Of a stretch of DNA of 64,000 nucleotides, positions 13,911-27,155 are shown piece after piece. Both the position numbers and the translations under genes were made by a program. The stretch is from Octopus vulgaris. Taxonomy: Eukaryota. Below the pieces are notes generated by a model. That model did not search any database and was not told the origin of the DNA. It was given only the letters and a program-made list of their open reading frames with translations. Every line of letters starts with the position of its first letter. Within the stretch, counting starts at the first letter, position 1. The stretch covers positions 54,994,001 to 55,058,000 of the forward strand of contig OX597830.1 in assembly GCA_951406725.2 (NCBI GenBank). The letters run 5' to 3'.

Positions 13911-14705
13911 CCTTACAAGGTTTAATTTGCATTTGTAACGAAAGCAAGGACAAAAGCTTTTAAACTTAAACAGAAACCAATTCCTCAAGGTTAAAAAAAC
14001 AAAAGAAGGTATCATTTCAGTGATTGTAAAGTGGTTCACAATAAATAATGGAAAATAATACTCCATTTCTTTCTTTAAATCATTATATATATATATATCT
14101 TTATATTTATATATGAAAATATATATACATATATACATATGAAAATATATACATACATACGTAAATATGTGTGTGTGTGTGTGTATTGATTTTGTTACAA
14201 GTATCTCATGTCATTATTGTTTGAAGAATTGATTTCGTTTTTCTCTATTTTTTCAAAATAAAAAAATAAATAATTTTAAAAACTAAAAAAGTTTCCATAT
14301 TCAAGTTTTGAGATTGCTGTAGTTTAATATTTTTCATGTTTCAAAGCAATTTGTCAAAGACTGACTAGGTCAGGTTACACTAAGCTCTTTAAATATTATT
14401 TCTTTTTTTCATTCTATACAAATTCTCTAACTCCTACACATTTTCTAACATTTTCTTTTTGTTGAGTATTCATTATAATCTCTCGCTGTCTCTCTCTCTT
14501 TTTCTCTCTCTCTCTCTCTTTCATTTTGGGAGGTATTTTTTTTTTTGTTTTACTTTATTATAGTGTTATCTTTGAAGAGATTTCTGCAAAACATTTCAAA
14601 ATAGCACCAAGAGAAATTTACTGTGGGATAATCAGAATTTTCTTTTCTTATAACTTTTATCATCCAGGATGGAAATATTCAGACCACCATTATTCATATA
14701 TGTAT

Positions 14706-15715
14706 ACACCAGCTGACGTACCTGGTAATTCCCGGGAAAGCGGGGCTTATCCCCCGGTTCCGTTCTCATAATTGTTTTGTTAAACCAATAACAACAGTAC
14801 AAAGTATCATCATCATCATCATCATCATCATTTAGCATCCGTTTTCCATGCTAGCATGGGTTGGACGGTTCAACTGGGGTCTGTGAAGCTGGAAGGCTTC
14901 AGCAGGCCCAGTCAGATCTGGCAGTGTTTCTATGGCTGGATGCCCTTCCTAACGCCAACCACTCCGTGAGTGTAGTGGGTGCTTTTTACGTGCCACCCGC
15001 ACAGGTGCCAGACAGAGCTGGCAAATGGCCACGAACGGATGGTGCTTTTACGTGTCACCGGCACAGGGGCCAGGCGAGGCTGGCAATGGACACGAACGGA
15101 TGGTGCTTTTACGTGCCACCAACACGGGGGCCAGACAGAGCTAGCAAACGGCCACAAAACGGATGGTGCTTTTACGTGTATGTAGCCCTTAAAATGGTTT
15201 TTGTGTATTTACAGAGAATACCGAACTGTCTTACACGGGATCTTGTTTTTAGGAATTCCCAATAAGTTATGAATACCCAAATTGTGAAGTAGGTTATGTT
15301 ATAACATGAAATTAGTTACCCGATAGTAAGAATTCAAATAAAGTAGCCCCAAAAAGGGCTTTAATGCATTCCCAGAGTATATAGAACTTAGGAGGAAATA
15401 CCAATAAGGTATGTATACCAAAATTGTGAAACATTTTACATAATAACAGGCTAATCAGATATGAGATAATAACAATTCAAAGTAATTAACTCTGAAAAGG
15501 GCTTTTGTGCGTTCCCAGAGAATATTACCCTCTGGGGCGCTAGTGTTAGTATATTCACAAATAAGCCATTAACCGAAATAAGTGGGTCTATTGTTTAGGA
15601 AAATACTATTAACTTGTTTTAGGGTTGTACTGGATAAATCATGAAAATAGCTCTAACAGTTCAAATACTAAGAAATAGGGATACTCAATTTCATATTTAA
15701 ATATTAGCCTCATTC
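14706..15715 (-). mobile_element. Helitron-like non-autonomous element interrupted by the retroposon at 14808-15180
   Basis: Minus-strand end cccgggaattaccagg...cagctgg|t resembles a Helitron hairpin plus CTRR. Internal degenerate repeats at 15180-15530. Confidence 0.4.
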
Positions 15716-15739
15716 CGCTCTAACCTTTGCATATCCTCT

Positions 15740-16230
15740 GCATTTAGGGCCTACATCTCACTACCATGTAGAACTGCTGTCCGTGCACATGCATCATACG
15801 ATTTTCTTTTCACTCAGAAAGAGAAATCTTTCGTAGCCAACAAAGCTACCTGCTCACTGAATTTCCAACATCCTATTCTTATTCTAGTTACTACACTCTT
15901 CATGCGTCCTCCTCCACTACTAATTTGGGCCCCTAGGTAGCAGAAATTATCTATTACCTCTAATAAGCCATCAGGGCATTTGAGAGAATCAATTTCCCAA
16001 GTCTTTATGTCTCGCATAGTAACTTCCCCATGCCTCTTTCTTGTCCACATCACTAAGTGCAAGCATACCAATATCCATCTGCACACACTTTTCTCCGACA
16101 ATATTTCACTTCTCACTGATACACTGTCTAACAATCTTGAACTCTACAAGTCACTGATCTTCACAATGTTGGACGTTGGCAAACCCCTTCTTTCCTGCTT
16201 CTGCCCTATCTAGAAAAACCTGACATCTAG
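15740..16230 (-). pseudogene. RTE-clade LINE ORF fragment (C-terminal to RT)
   Basis: LEVIDNFCYLGAQISSGGG...VVTRIRIGCWKFSE...LLATKDFS; the FxYLG motif is typical of non-LTR RT. Confidence 0.75.
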
Positions 16231-16347
16231 CCCCCTCTTTTAGCTTTTTGATAGGATTCTTTGTTACTTGTTCTTTTTCATTTTTTCTAGACTCTCTTCC
16301 CTTTTATGACCCTGTCAACATTACTGTTCCACCACCACGTCACCTTT

Positions 16348-16395
<48 letters not shown>

Positions 16396-16427
16396 ATGTG
16401 TGTGTATATGTGTGTGTATGTGTATAT

Positions 16428-16461
<34 letters not shown>

Positions 16462-16588
16462 ATGTATATATAGATAAATGAAAGAATGGAGTCGAATGGG
16501 GACGATTTAACAAAATTCCTTTATTCTTGACACGTTTCGAAGACTGCATATTCTTATATATATATATGTATATATATATATATGTATG

Positions 16589-16668
<80 letters not shown>

Positions 16669-16672
16669 TATA

Positions 16673-17640
16673 CAGGGTGCTTGTAAAATAATGCAACACA
16701 TCGGCATTAGAGTTTTTTGATCAATAACTCAATGATCAATGGGAGAGAAAGAAATTAAGAGAGTATGTCACACTTGGCACACCGTTTAAATTTATCTGCA
16801 TTTAGTGGTGATCTCATTATTAGACTTTTCAATTTTCAAAATCTATTTTGTTGCTTTGAATTCAAAATTCAATTTGTTGCATTCAATCAGTCACTTTTAC
16901 TGCTGTCAAATGGCCAAATGATTTACCTTACAAGAATGTGTTAATATTGCGATGAATAAGGCAGCAGAAGCAGGAAGACTGACAGGTTCATGTCCTCCCA
17001 GTCATTCGACCCCTGCTTCGTTTAATAAGTTCAAAACTACTGGTTCCATCAAGGATGAACAATGCAGTGGCCATCCAAGTTTGTACAACAAAGGAGAGTT
17101 TCAGGCTGCTGTTATGGAAGAGATTAATGGCAACACCCTCACATCTACTCACTGAATTGCAAGCCAACTTGCTGACCATTCAGATTTTCTTGTGAGTTAC
17201 TCAACTGTTTACAAAACTTTGTTTGAACATAAGGAGAAACGTACACTCCATGTCTCATACAAGAACTCAATGATGACGACCCTAATCAGCATCTAGAAGC
17301 ATGCAAAATTTTTCAGCGCTTGTCTGAAGGTGATCCAACTTCCGTCGATCAAATCTTGTGGCCTGACGAAGCAGCTTTCAAACTCAAGAGATGAATTAAC
17401 AAACATAACTGCATGTACTGGAGTTCCAAAAATCTTCACCACACTTTTCAGAAGTCGATGAATCTGTGTGGTCTCAGCGTGTGGTGTGCCATTTCGCCAC
17501 AGGGTATTATTGAACCGTACTTTCTTGATGCTACTGTCATCAGAGATTCATACCTTGGCATGCTTCAAAGCTGGTTCTGGCCACAAGTGGCAGAGAAATC
17601 GGGTGATGTTTACTTCCAGCAGGATGGAGCACCACCACAT
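16673..17640 (+). mobile_element. 3'-truncated Tc1/mariner element, probably rosa/Visitor (DD41D-like), decayed transposase
   Basis: Starts ta|cagggtg after (TA)n. KFKTTGSIKD...ILWPDEAAFKL...NKHNCMYWS...VWCAISPQGIIEPYF...YFQQDGAPPH. The third catalytic residue is missing, so the family is inferred from motif style. Confidence 0.75.
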
Positions 17641-18174
17641 TCAAAGCTGGCCTTAAGCTGATTGAACCGATTGCTCCCAATCAGGCCTCGCGCTGAAGGA
17701 GGCCCCACACCAAAGGAAGCTCCTGCTGAAGGGGCCCCACACTCAAGAGGCCACATTCTATACTGTGACATTTCATAAAGGAGGTCTCCCTGAAGTCTTT
17801 TAAAATAATCTACATGTCTTTCAAAAATAAAAAAAAGAAACAAAAAAACATTCTTTCTACACAAGATATCATAAGATAAATCTATTCATCCCAAACTGCT
17901 TGGGTTAGCCACTAAATTTGAAGAAATTTATTGTATTTTGAGTGTAAGGGTATGTTTGTATGTGAATATTTGGGAGTGTTTATGGGGCTGTTTGGGTAAA
18001 ATATTTGTGTGTCTGTAAGAGTATGTCTGTGGGACAACTGTATGTATATATGTGTGCGTATGTTTATGTGTGTCAGTTTCTATAAATATGTTTAATTTTA
18101 CGGAAACTTTTTCATTTCAACAAAGTGTATTTTATGTGTGTGTGTGTGTTTGTATGTGTTTAATTTTGGGGAAA

Positions 18175-19021
18175 CTGATGTGATATTTCGGAATAAAATT
18201 CCTTCTTCAGATATTCTTAGATGGAGTCGCTGCTATAATCGGTTTTCTAATGGCTTTTCTTTTTTCTTTCTTTTGGAAGTGTCTCGGCAATGGTCTCACG
18301 ATGCTCCTTCCAGAATTCCTCATGAGAAGTGTGTGAGGTCGGTCATGTCTCAATCTCGTGTGTGCTGGTACATCCGTAGCGCTGCTTCTAAGTTATGTAT
18401 TATATGTGCAGCTTCCTTTCTTTTTTTCTCTCTTCTCTTCTTTTTTTTTATATTATAAACTACAGCTGAGCATATTATCAAAAATGAACCTATACAGATC
18501 CAGCTGTATCTAAATAATGTATTGATTACATACTACAAATACACTGGGAAAAGACATGCTTAAATGCCTGAATATCTCATTAAAACTAGCTGATAGGTTT
18601 TGTTGTCTAAGAGATGTAATTACCAACTGTGGGGGTTTCTCTGAAGGTAGTGTAGCCAGAGTAAGAACATTATTTGGATACATGTGGATATGTGTAGGTT
18701 CATTTTTCATAATATGCTCATCTGTAGTTTATAACAAAAAAAGAAAAGAAGAGAAGAGAAAAAAAAAGAAAGGAAAAAAAAGAAAGCTGCACGTATAATA
18801 TGTAACTTAGGAGCAGCGCTACGGATGTACCAGCACACACGAGATTGAGACATGGCCAACCTCACACACTTCTCATGAGGAATTCCAGAAGGAGCTTCGT
18901 GAGACCACTGCTGAGACACTTCCAAAAATTAAAAAAGAAAAGCCATTAGAAAACCGATTATAGCGGCAACTCCAATTAAGAATATCTAAAGAAGGAATAT
19001 TATTCCGAAATATCATATCAG
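18175..19021. mobile_element. Fold-back element: ~350-bp inverted arms with hammerhead-like motifs at the outer ends and a 146-bp LINE-derived spacer
   Basis: 18175-18520 is approximately the reverse complement of 18667-19021. Left arm, minus strand: CTGAAGA-aGGAATtttATTCC-GAAA. Spacer matches the reverse complement of 19743-19885. Confidence 0.85.
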
Positions 19022-19329
19022 ACTACGGATGACTAAATTACAACAGTGAGCTGGCAGAATTGTTAGCACGCTGGGCAAAATGCTTAGCGGTATTTCATCT
19101 GCCACTACACTCTGAGTTCAAATTCCATGAGGTCAACTTTGCCTTTCATCCTTTCAGGGTCGATTAAATAAGTACCAGTTATGCACTGGGATCAATGTAA
19201 TTGACTTAATCCATTTGTCTGCCCTTGTTTGTCCCCTCTGTGCTTGGCCCCTTGTGAGTAGTAAAGAAATAGGTATATAGCCCTTGTCTGTATTATAGTG
19301 CATTGTTGTACCATTTAAAACTTTTTATT

Positions 19330-19368
<39 letters not shown>

Positions 19369-19414
19369 AGAGGTTGATAGATAGGTAGATAGCTAAATAT
19401 ATATATATATAGAT

Positions 19415-19534
<120 letters not shown>

Positions 19535-19539
19535 GTATT

Positions 19540-19930
19540 GTCTTTCATGCACACTTACATTGCACATCCAACAGAGCATGCTTTCATTTCTTTCCAGTTT
19601 TGTTTTTTTCAAGACCCTAGTGTTCAAGGCCCATGTCTCACTACCATGCAGCATCACACTTCTAACACAAGCATCATACAATCTGCCCTTTATTCTAAGG
19701 AAAAAGACCTTCATTGTCAACAATAGTAATAGCTTTCTGAACTGTTCTTACTCTGGCCACACTACCTTCAGAGAAACCCCCACCCTTGGTAATTACATCT
19801 CTTAGACAACAAAACCTATCAGCTACTTTTAATGAAATATTCAGGCATTTAAGCAAGTCTTTTCCCAGTGTATTTGTAGTGTGTACTGCTCCAGTGGATC
19901 TCTCACAGATAAAAGTAATGTTCCCTGCTG
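19540..19930 (-). pseudogene. RTE-clade LINE fragment
   Basis: VADRFCCLRDVITKGGG...ARVR and RIKGRLYDACVRSVMLHGSETWAL. Confidence 0.75.
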
Positions 19931-19969
<39 letters not shown>

Positions 19970-20948
19970 TGTGTGTGTATTTTGTATTCATGCATATATG
20001 TATGCTCTATAACTCAATAACTTAGAATGTGCTTCTCTTTCGTATTTATGATTTACTGATGATATGTGTGTGTGTGTGTGTATGTGTGAGTGTATGTATA
20101 CATACATACATACATACATACATACATACATTCATACATACATACATACATACATACATACATACATACATACATACATACATACATACATACATGCATG
20201 CATGCATGCATGCATGCATACATACATACATACATACATACATACATACATACATACATACATACATACATACTATTATAGTGTTCTTTTCTCACAAAGA
20301 TATTTCAGTATTTCGTAAATAAACTTAGTCTGGAATTGAGCAATCTTTTAGCACCTGATTCCTGTTATTTAATTTCTTCCACTTTTTCCAAATTTTTTTC
20401 TCCATCTCCCTCCAATTTATCCATAGTTATTCTTCAAATGAGAAGATATTCTACTTCCAAAGAATTTCAGAATGATGTCTGTATTGCTGGTACTTTATAC
20501 TATGGAAGCACTTAACAAACAGACTGCATAATTGAACAACTTTATGACACCTGATTCCTGTTACTTCGTTCTGTCTTCCATTCTGTCTTTCTTTGGTTAT
20601 TAAATGTAAAAAAGAAATGTTTTGTTTTACTTTCTTGTTTGCTCTTTTTGGTTTGGTTTTTTCCCCTCATTTTTTCTTAAATGGTTTCTCAAGAAAATAT
20701 AAATTCAATTAGGTATACTCATCTCAGTACCACATATTATGCCACATATGTATATGCACATGAGTGTGTCTGTGTATGTGTGCATGTGTGTGTGCGCGCG
20801 TGTGTGTGTGTGTGTGTGGGTGTGTGTGGGTGTGTGTGTGTGTGTTATGATTCTGCTTAAGCATAGTGATATTAAGAACCAGTTGTTATTACAACCCAGT
20901 ATATTCATGCTAGCATCTGGTGGGTACTGAATGTAAAATCAATTAATG

Positions 20949-22756
20949 TGTAGTGAGGCACGAAATGCAAGAACCATTTTGAATGAGATCTCGCTGGTAA
21001 CCATTGCCATGTGCGAGACAAGAATGAGATTTCCTAAATAGTTTGTACCTGAGGACCACCATTGTTCCATTTTTGATGCCTTGAATTCACTGTTACATCC
21101 TGGCATCGCTGCCTCAGTCAAGCTTATTACGGCTCGGTTTTTCTGGCCTAATATGTACCGGACGATCACCACTTAGGCACACTCTTGTGTGAAATGCCAG
21201 CATTCTAAAATCCACAGGCACATTCGCACTCCTCTTGGGCAGTTTTCTCCACCAGAGACTCACTTTCGCCATGTCCACAATAATCTGTTTGGACCATGGC
21301 CTGTCAGTAATGGTTTCTCTTACATATTGATATGTGTTGATTGTTTCTCTCATTGGCCTAAAGCCATTCCAATAGTGAACATTTCTGCTGAGTCAGTTGC
21401 TCAAGCTTTCGATTCTAACTGGATTGCTTGCTTTGGTGTCCCAGCTAAAATAACCACTGATCATGAACACCAGTTCAAAGCTTCCTTATTTCATGAATTA
21501 TCACAAATCCTATGCATTCATCACATTCGTATGACTAGCCACTGTCCAGCTTCCAATGGGATGGTCAAACGTTTTCACAGGCAACTGAAGGCTGCTCTAC
21601 ATGCCATTCCTGATCCACAATCATGGATAGAATTCTTGCCTATCATTTTTCTTGGTTGTCACACTGCTGTTAAGACAGACTTATGTTTCTCGTCTGCCGA
21701 ACTCCTTTACGGTACCATCCCAGCACTTCCTGGTACAATGTTAGCACCAGAAAATTCATTGTATCCTGATCCTACATCGTATGTCACCAGACTTTGCTCG
21801 TATTTCTCAAGTCTTCCACCCATGCATCTGTGTGACCAATCTATTCCCTCTCACGTTCCACCAAACATTAACAAATGGACTCATGTTTTTGTTCGGGATG
21901 ATTCTGCCAGAGGACTGCTTGTTTCTCCCTATAAAAGACCATTTCATGTGCTATCATGCACACCCAAAACGTTTAGTCTCAACATCAGTGGTCAGGCAGA
22001 GACTGTGTTAGTCAACAGACTTAAAAAGGCACATTTTGAAGTATCCACACCCTTGGATGACACCCCAGCTACACCCACTTTTGATCCTTTACAACCACCT
22101 ACACACCCACCTGCACATGCACCTTTGACCACACCATTACCTTACACCTCCACTTCCATCACCCCAACCTAACACAAACAAACCTTATGTCACTAGGACA
22201 GGCCATACTGTGCAATGGCCCCCAAAACTTTCCAGAACTATTTATATCTGACAACTTCTTTTTTGTTTTCTGTGACAGACAGTTGCTTTCTTGAGTTGCT
22301 GAACAATTCCAATGCTTTGCCATTGAACAGTTTTGTCAAAATTTTGTGCATGCTTATTTATATTTCTTGTAATTATTTTCTTCTGACTTTTCACATTTTG
22401 ACCATATTTTGTTTGCGATTGATTACCATCTTTGCTCTTTTCTTGTGCCTGCTCCAGTTATTCTCTATTTTTACACTAGCATTCTCAGGGGGAGCCCCTG
22501 TAGTGAAGCACAAGAAACCAGCACCATTTTGAACAAGATCTCACTGGTAGCTATTGCCATGTGCAAGACAAGACCGAGATCTTGCCTGCAACCATTTGCC
22601 ATGCACAAGATGACAACGAGATTCTTGCCAGCCACGAGTATTTAAGCAAGAAGCCAATGACATTCACTCATTCCTCCTCATGTGTAGCCAGCAGCTCACA
22701 GTGGACTCTTCTCCCACTCTGACTCCACATGCTTATATCCAGGAGTAATGAACCTC
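20949..22756 (+). mobile_element. Internally deleted Gypsy/Ty3 LTR retrotransposon
   Basis: 5' LTR stub 20949-21032 (tgtagtgaggca...) matches the 3' LTR starting at 22499 (tgtagtgaagca...). A polypurine tract agggggag precedes 22499. Probable CA end at 22756. Confidence 0.8.
21040..22172 (+). pseudogene. Gypsy integrase (HHCC zinc finger, rve core, GPY/F), inactivated
   Basis: HPG...RFFWPNM...*...CVKCQ; ICVDCFSHWP; ITTDHEHQF; SNGMVKRFHRQLK (catalytic E to K); SPYKRPFHV. In-frame stop near 21175. Confidence 0.85.
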
Positions 22757-23088
22757 ATGTATACGGAGTTAAGACAAACCGCGTGCTGCTATAAAGATGG
22801 TCACTGAGAGTAAACCACATAAACAAAAACTCTGTAAATAAATGGCTATTGAATTGTATTCCACTTGTGAACTTCTTCTCCATGTTCCAGATCCTTGAAA
22901 CTACAAAAATAATTATCATGAAAGAAGGAGATACTCCACAGGTATCATAAACCTTCCATTCCATTATAAATGAATTGGCAAAATAAAAGAGTCACATTAT
23001 CATTTTCATTAGCTTACAGCTGTTTTGCTATATATATTCACACACACATACATACATATATACACACACACACATATATATATATATA

Positions 23089-23250
23089 GGGAGAGTTTAC
23101 GAAAAAATCAAAAGACGAAGACAGGTGGTGTACAAAACAAACAGATGTATTAGTATAACGCTCAGGAATAGAAAAAGTCTTTTACGTTTCGAGCCAATGC
23201 TCTTCTACAGAAAGGGACACAGAAAAAACAAGGAGAGAAACAAGGAGACA
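23089..23250 (-). mobile_element. Short PLE-like repeat with a variant hammerhead motif (23177-23219)
   Basis: Minus strand: gtcccttt CTGTAGA a gagc attg gctc GAAA cg TA aaagac. Family copies at 39655-39800 and 58311-58460. Confidence 0.65.
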
Positions 23251-23714
23251 TGTACACACACATATATATATATACATGCACACACATATATATATATAGA
23301 CATATGTAATATGAGCAGCCATGTAGCCCCTCTTGTTCTTTAATATTTCATGTCCTAGTGTAAAACTGCTTCCCCTTCTACTGAAGCCCCACTCAGTTTA
23401 AGGGGATCAAAGTCATTCAAGCTGCATGGCAACTTCACTAGTACTAGATCAATGAAAGAGTCCCTAGTACATTCTGTAAAGTGGTTGGTGTCAGAACAGC
23501 CATCCAGCTATAGAGACATGGAGCATGATGTGGTCCTTGAACCCGTCAGATTTTGAAAAACTGTCCAACACACAACAGCATGCAAGATGGATATTTAGAG
23601 ATGATACATGCACACTTACACACACACACGTACATGCATGCATGTACACATGTACACACACATACTTATTTATATGTGTATGTGTGTGTGTGCATGTATT
23701 CATGTATGCGTGCG

Positions 23715-23772
<58 letters not shown>

Positions 23773-23993
23773 CATGTGTATGTCAAAAACTCCAAACAAT
23801 ACTGCATCTGTTCCTTCTGAATATGTTGTAACATTCAGATGTGAATATGTTGATCACTGTTGTATTTCATTGTCACAGAACATCTCCCTTTAGAGGATGT
23901 GTGTTCATTACAGACATGAATCATTGGTGTAAGAAGACTTTGAGACACTGGGGTGTTTCAAACACATTTCATGTCTCATCAATATAAATCAAA

Positions 23994-24830
23994 GCATGGC
24001 TTAATGGTTAAGGTGTTGGACTCATGATCATAAGATTGCAGCGAGCTGGCAGAAACATTAGCACGGCGGGCGAAATGCTTAGTGGTATTTTGTCTGCCGT
24101 TAGGCTCTGAGTTCAAATTCTGCCGAGGTCAACTTTGCCTTTCATCCTTTCGGGGTCAATAAATTAAGTACCAGTTATGCACTGAGGTCGATGTAATCGA
24201 TTTAATCTCCTTGTCTGTCCTTGTTTGTCCCCTCTGTGTTTAGCCTCTTGTGGGTAGTAAAGAAATAGGTATTTCGTCTGCTGTTATGTTCTGAGTTCAA
24301 ATTCCGCCGAGGTCGACTTTGCCTTTCATCCTTTCGGGGTCGATAAATTAAGTACCAGCTATGCACTGAGGTCGATGTAATCGATTTAATCTCCTTGTCT
24401 GTCCTTGTTTGTATCCTCTATGTTTAGCCCCTTGTAGGTAGTAAAGAAATAGATATTTCGTCTGCCGTTATGTTCTAAGTTCAAATTCCGCCGAGGTCGA
24501 CTTTGCCTTTCATCCTTTCAGGGTCGATAAATTAAGTACCAGTTATGCACTGAGGTCGATGTAATCGATTTAATCTCCTTGTCTGTCCTTGTTTGTCCCC
24601 TGTATGTTTAGCCACTTGTGGGCAATAAAGAAATAAGATTGTGGTTTCGATTCCTGGACCAGGCAACATGCTGTGTTCTTGAGCAAATGACTTTATTCCA
24701 CGTTGCTCCATTTCACTCAGCTGGCAAAAGTGAGTAACCCTGCAGCAGACCATCATCCCATCCAGGTGGGGAACATATATACCATAAAACCAAGAAACCA
24801 GCCATTATGAGTTGGTATAACTCAAGCAGG
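23994..24830 (+). mobile_element. tRNA-SINE containing a nested, tandemly triplicated SINE with a 9-bp TSD
   Basis: TSD ataagattg at 24030-38 and 24633-41. Insert has three ~180-bp body repeats. The host A box (tggcttaatgg) and B box (ggtttcgattcc) are separated by the insert. Confidence 0.85.
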
Positions 24831-25109
24831 TATACTTTACTTTTTTTACTGTATTGTATCAGTGGCTGAGACACTTGGCTAACACAAGCTCAGTCTATTT
24901 AGCTGTAAGAAGTTACAAGGTACTGCAAGGTAACAACAGTTAGGTTCTCACTTGTTAACAGCTGCATTAAAAGTGAGATTATATAGAGTTGGCTATTTGC
25001 ATATAGTGACATCAGGTTTATTTCTCAGGTATTTGACCGTGTTTGCAGGCAGAGCACGTTATTCTACATTATCTCACTTAACTTAATACCCATTAATAGG
25101 TACCTACCT

Positions 25110-25370
25110 GATCAATATGGCTCAATCACAGACTAAAGTCAACCAATAAGTCTACTTAGCTGTCAGTAATAGATACAAGATCAATGTGAGTCGCAGACTA
25201 CAGTCCACCAATCAGTTCAACAAGCTGTCAGTAATAGATACAAGATCAATGTGGCTCACACTCTGACCACAATCCACCAATCAGTCCACTTAGCTGTCAG
25301 TGATAGATACATGATCAATAAGGTTGTCACTGATCATAGTCCACAAATCACCAAGTTGTCAGTAACGACT
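25110..25370. repeat. Degenerate ~60-65 bp tandem repeat (about 4 copies)
   Basis: Repeated unit ccaatcagtccacttagctgtcagtaatagatacaagatcaat. Confidence 0.75.
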
Positions 25371-26027
25371 GTTGGTAGTGATGGTGGGTGATGGATGCAG
25401 TTATAAGTGGACTGGTATGACGGTGGTAACATTGATTTTGGTGGTGGCTGTCATAATAGAAGTGAGGGTGATGAGGGTGGTGGTGGTGGTGGTATTGAGA
25501 GTGCTGGTGATGGTGGTGGTGGTGGTGGTAGTGGTGGTGGTGGTGGTGGTGGTGGTGGTGGTGGTGGTGGTGGTGGTGGTGGTGGTGGTGGTGGCTTTGG
25601 TGGTGGTGGCTTTGGTGGTGGTGGTGGTGGCGGCTTTGGTGATGGTGGTGGTGGTGGCGGCTTTGGTGGTAGTGGTGGTGTTAGACACAAGTGACAACTG
25701 AAGAAAGTTTGATGAAGAATGGAAAATAAAACTATAGAATAGGATGGAAATATCTCAATTTTTGTAACCTGCTACACGTTATCACACCATTTCTCATAAA
25801 TTTTATAACAAATAGTGACAACTGATGGTGGTGGTGGAGGTGGTCATCGTTGTTCTTTATGTTGTTTGTTTTGTTTTCTATTTGTGTATTTCGTTGTTCG
25901 AAAGAATAGTTCCTGTTCCATGTACTCGTACTTCGCATTTTTTTGTTGTACACGTTTCATGATGTCCTGTGCCCACATATGCATATATATATATATATAG
26001 ATGTATGTACATTTATGTATGTATATA

Positions 26028-26060
<33 letters not shown>

Positions 26061-26327
26061 CAATATATATATATATATTATTTATATTATTATATGATTG
26101 AATGCCACGTATCCTCATCCAAGTAAATATATGTGTGTATATATATATCTTTGTATTAAGGCAACCATTGGTCTCATGTGAAGAAAATTATCTTAATAAC
26201 CAATCAATTGTTAATATGTTTAAAATTGTTAAGGCATTTTTCTTAATATGAAACCAATGAAGCCTTAATACACAAATAAAGAAATTCTATCCAACAATCT
26301 GGTGTTGAGCACTCATTCTCATCATTT

Positions 26328-26369
<42 letters not shown>

Positions 26370-27093
26370 ATATATGTGTGTATGTGTGTATACGTACATC
26401 TGTGTGTGTGTGTGTCTGTGTGTATCTGTGTTTGTCCTTCCACCACTGCTCAACAACCAGTTTGGTGTGCTTATGTCCCTGTGACTTAGCAGTTCAGCAA
26501 AAATGGCTAACAGAATAAGGACCAGGCTTTTAAAAGATAAGTCCTGGAGTTGATTCCTTTGACTAGAACCCTTCAGGGCAGTGTCCCAGCATGGCCACAG
26601 CCATCTGACTAAAAGGTAGAAGAATATGATTGTGTGTGTGTGCATATATGCATCTACATCTGTGCATTTGTTTGCATCTGCATTCACTTCTGTGAAAATC
26701 ATGATGCAAAATCATTAGTATGTTGAAGAAAATGCTTAGTGACAATTCTTCTGGCTCTTTACATTCTGAATTCAAGTTCTGCCAAGGTCAAGTACTGAAG
26801 TCAGTAATAAAGTACCAGTCAAGTACTGAAATCACTGTAATTGACTTAGCCTTCCCCTGAAAAATTGCTGACATTGTGCCAAACTTTGAAACTATTCTTA
26901 ATAGTTTCAAAGGCGTAGGAGTGGCTGTGTGGTAAGTAGCTTGCTTACGAACCACATAGTTCCAGGTTCAGTCCCACTGCGTGGCACCCTAGGCAAATGA
27001 CTTCTACTATAGTCTTGGGCCAACCAAAGCCTTGTGAGTGGATTTGGTAGAGTAGATGGAAGCTGAAAGAAGTCCATCATATATATGTGTGTG

Positions 27094-27155
<62 letters not shown>

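Noticed and set aside
22757-22910. Possible minus-strand exon (FKDLEHGEEVHKWNTIQ*) in phase with exon 27761
   Set aside because: It appears to be part of a repeat interrupted by the Gypsy element and ending in a hammerhead half motif near 23010-23030; not supported as genic.
25732-26032. Short minus-strand ORFs (DIMKRVQQKNAKYEYMEQELFF...)
   Set aside because: Poor acceptor context, and the phase-2 continuation from exon 27761 hits an immediate stop.
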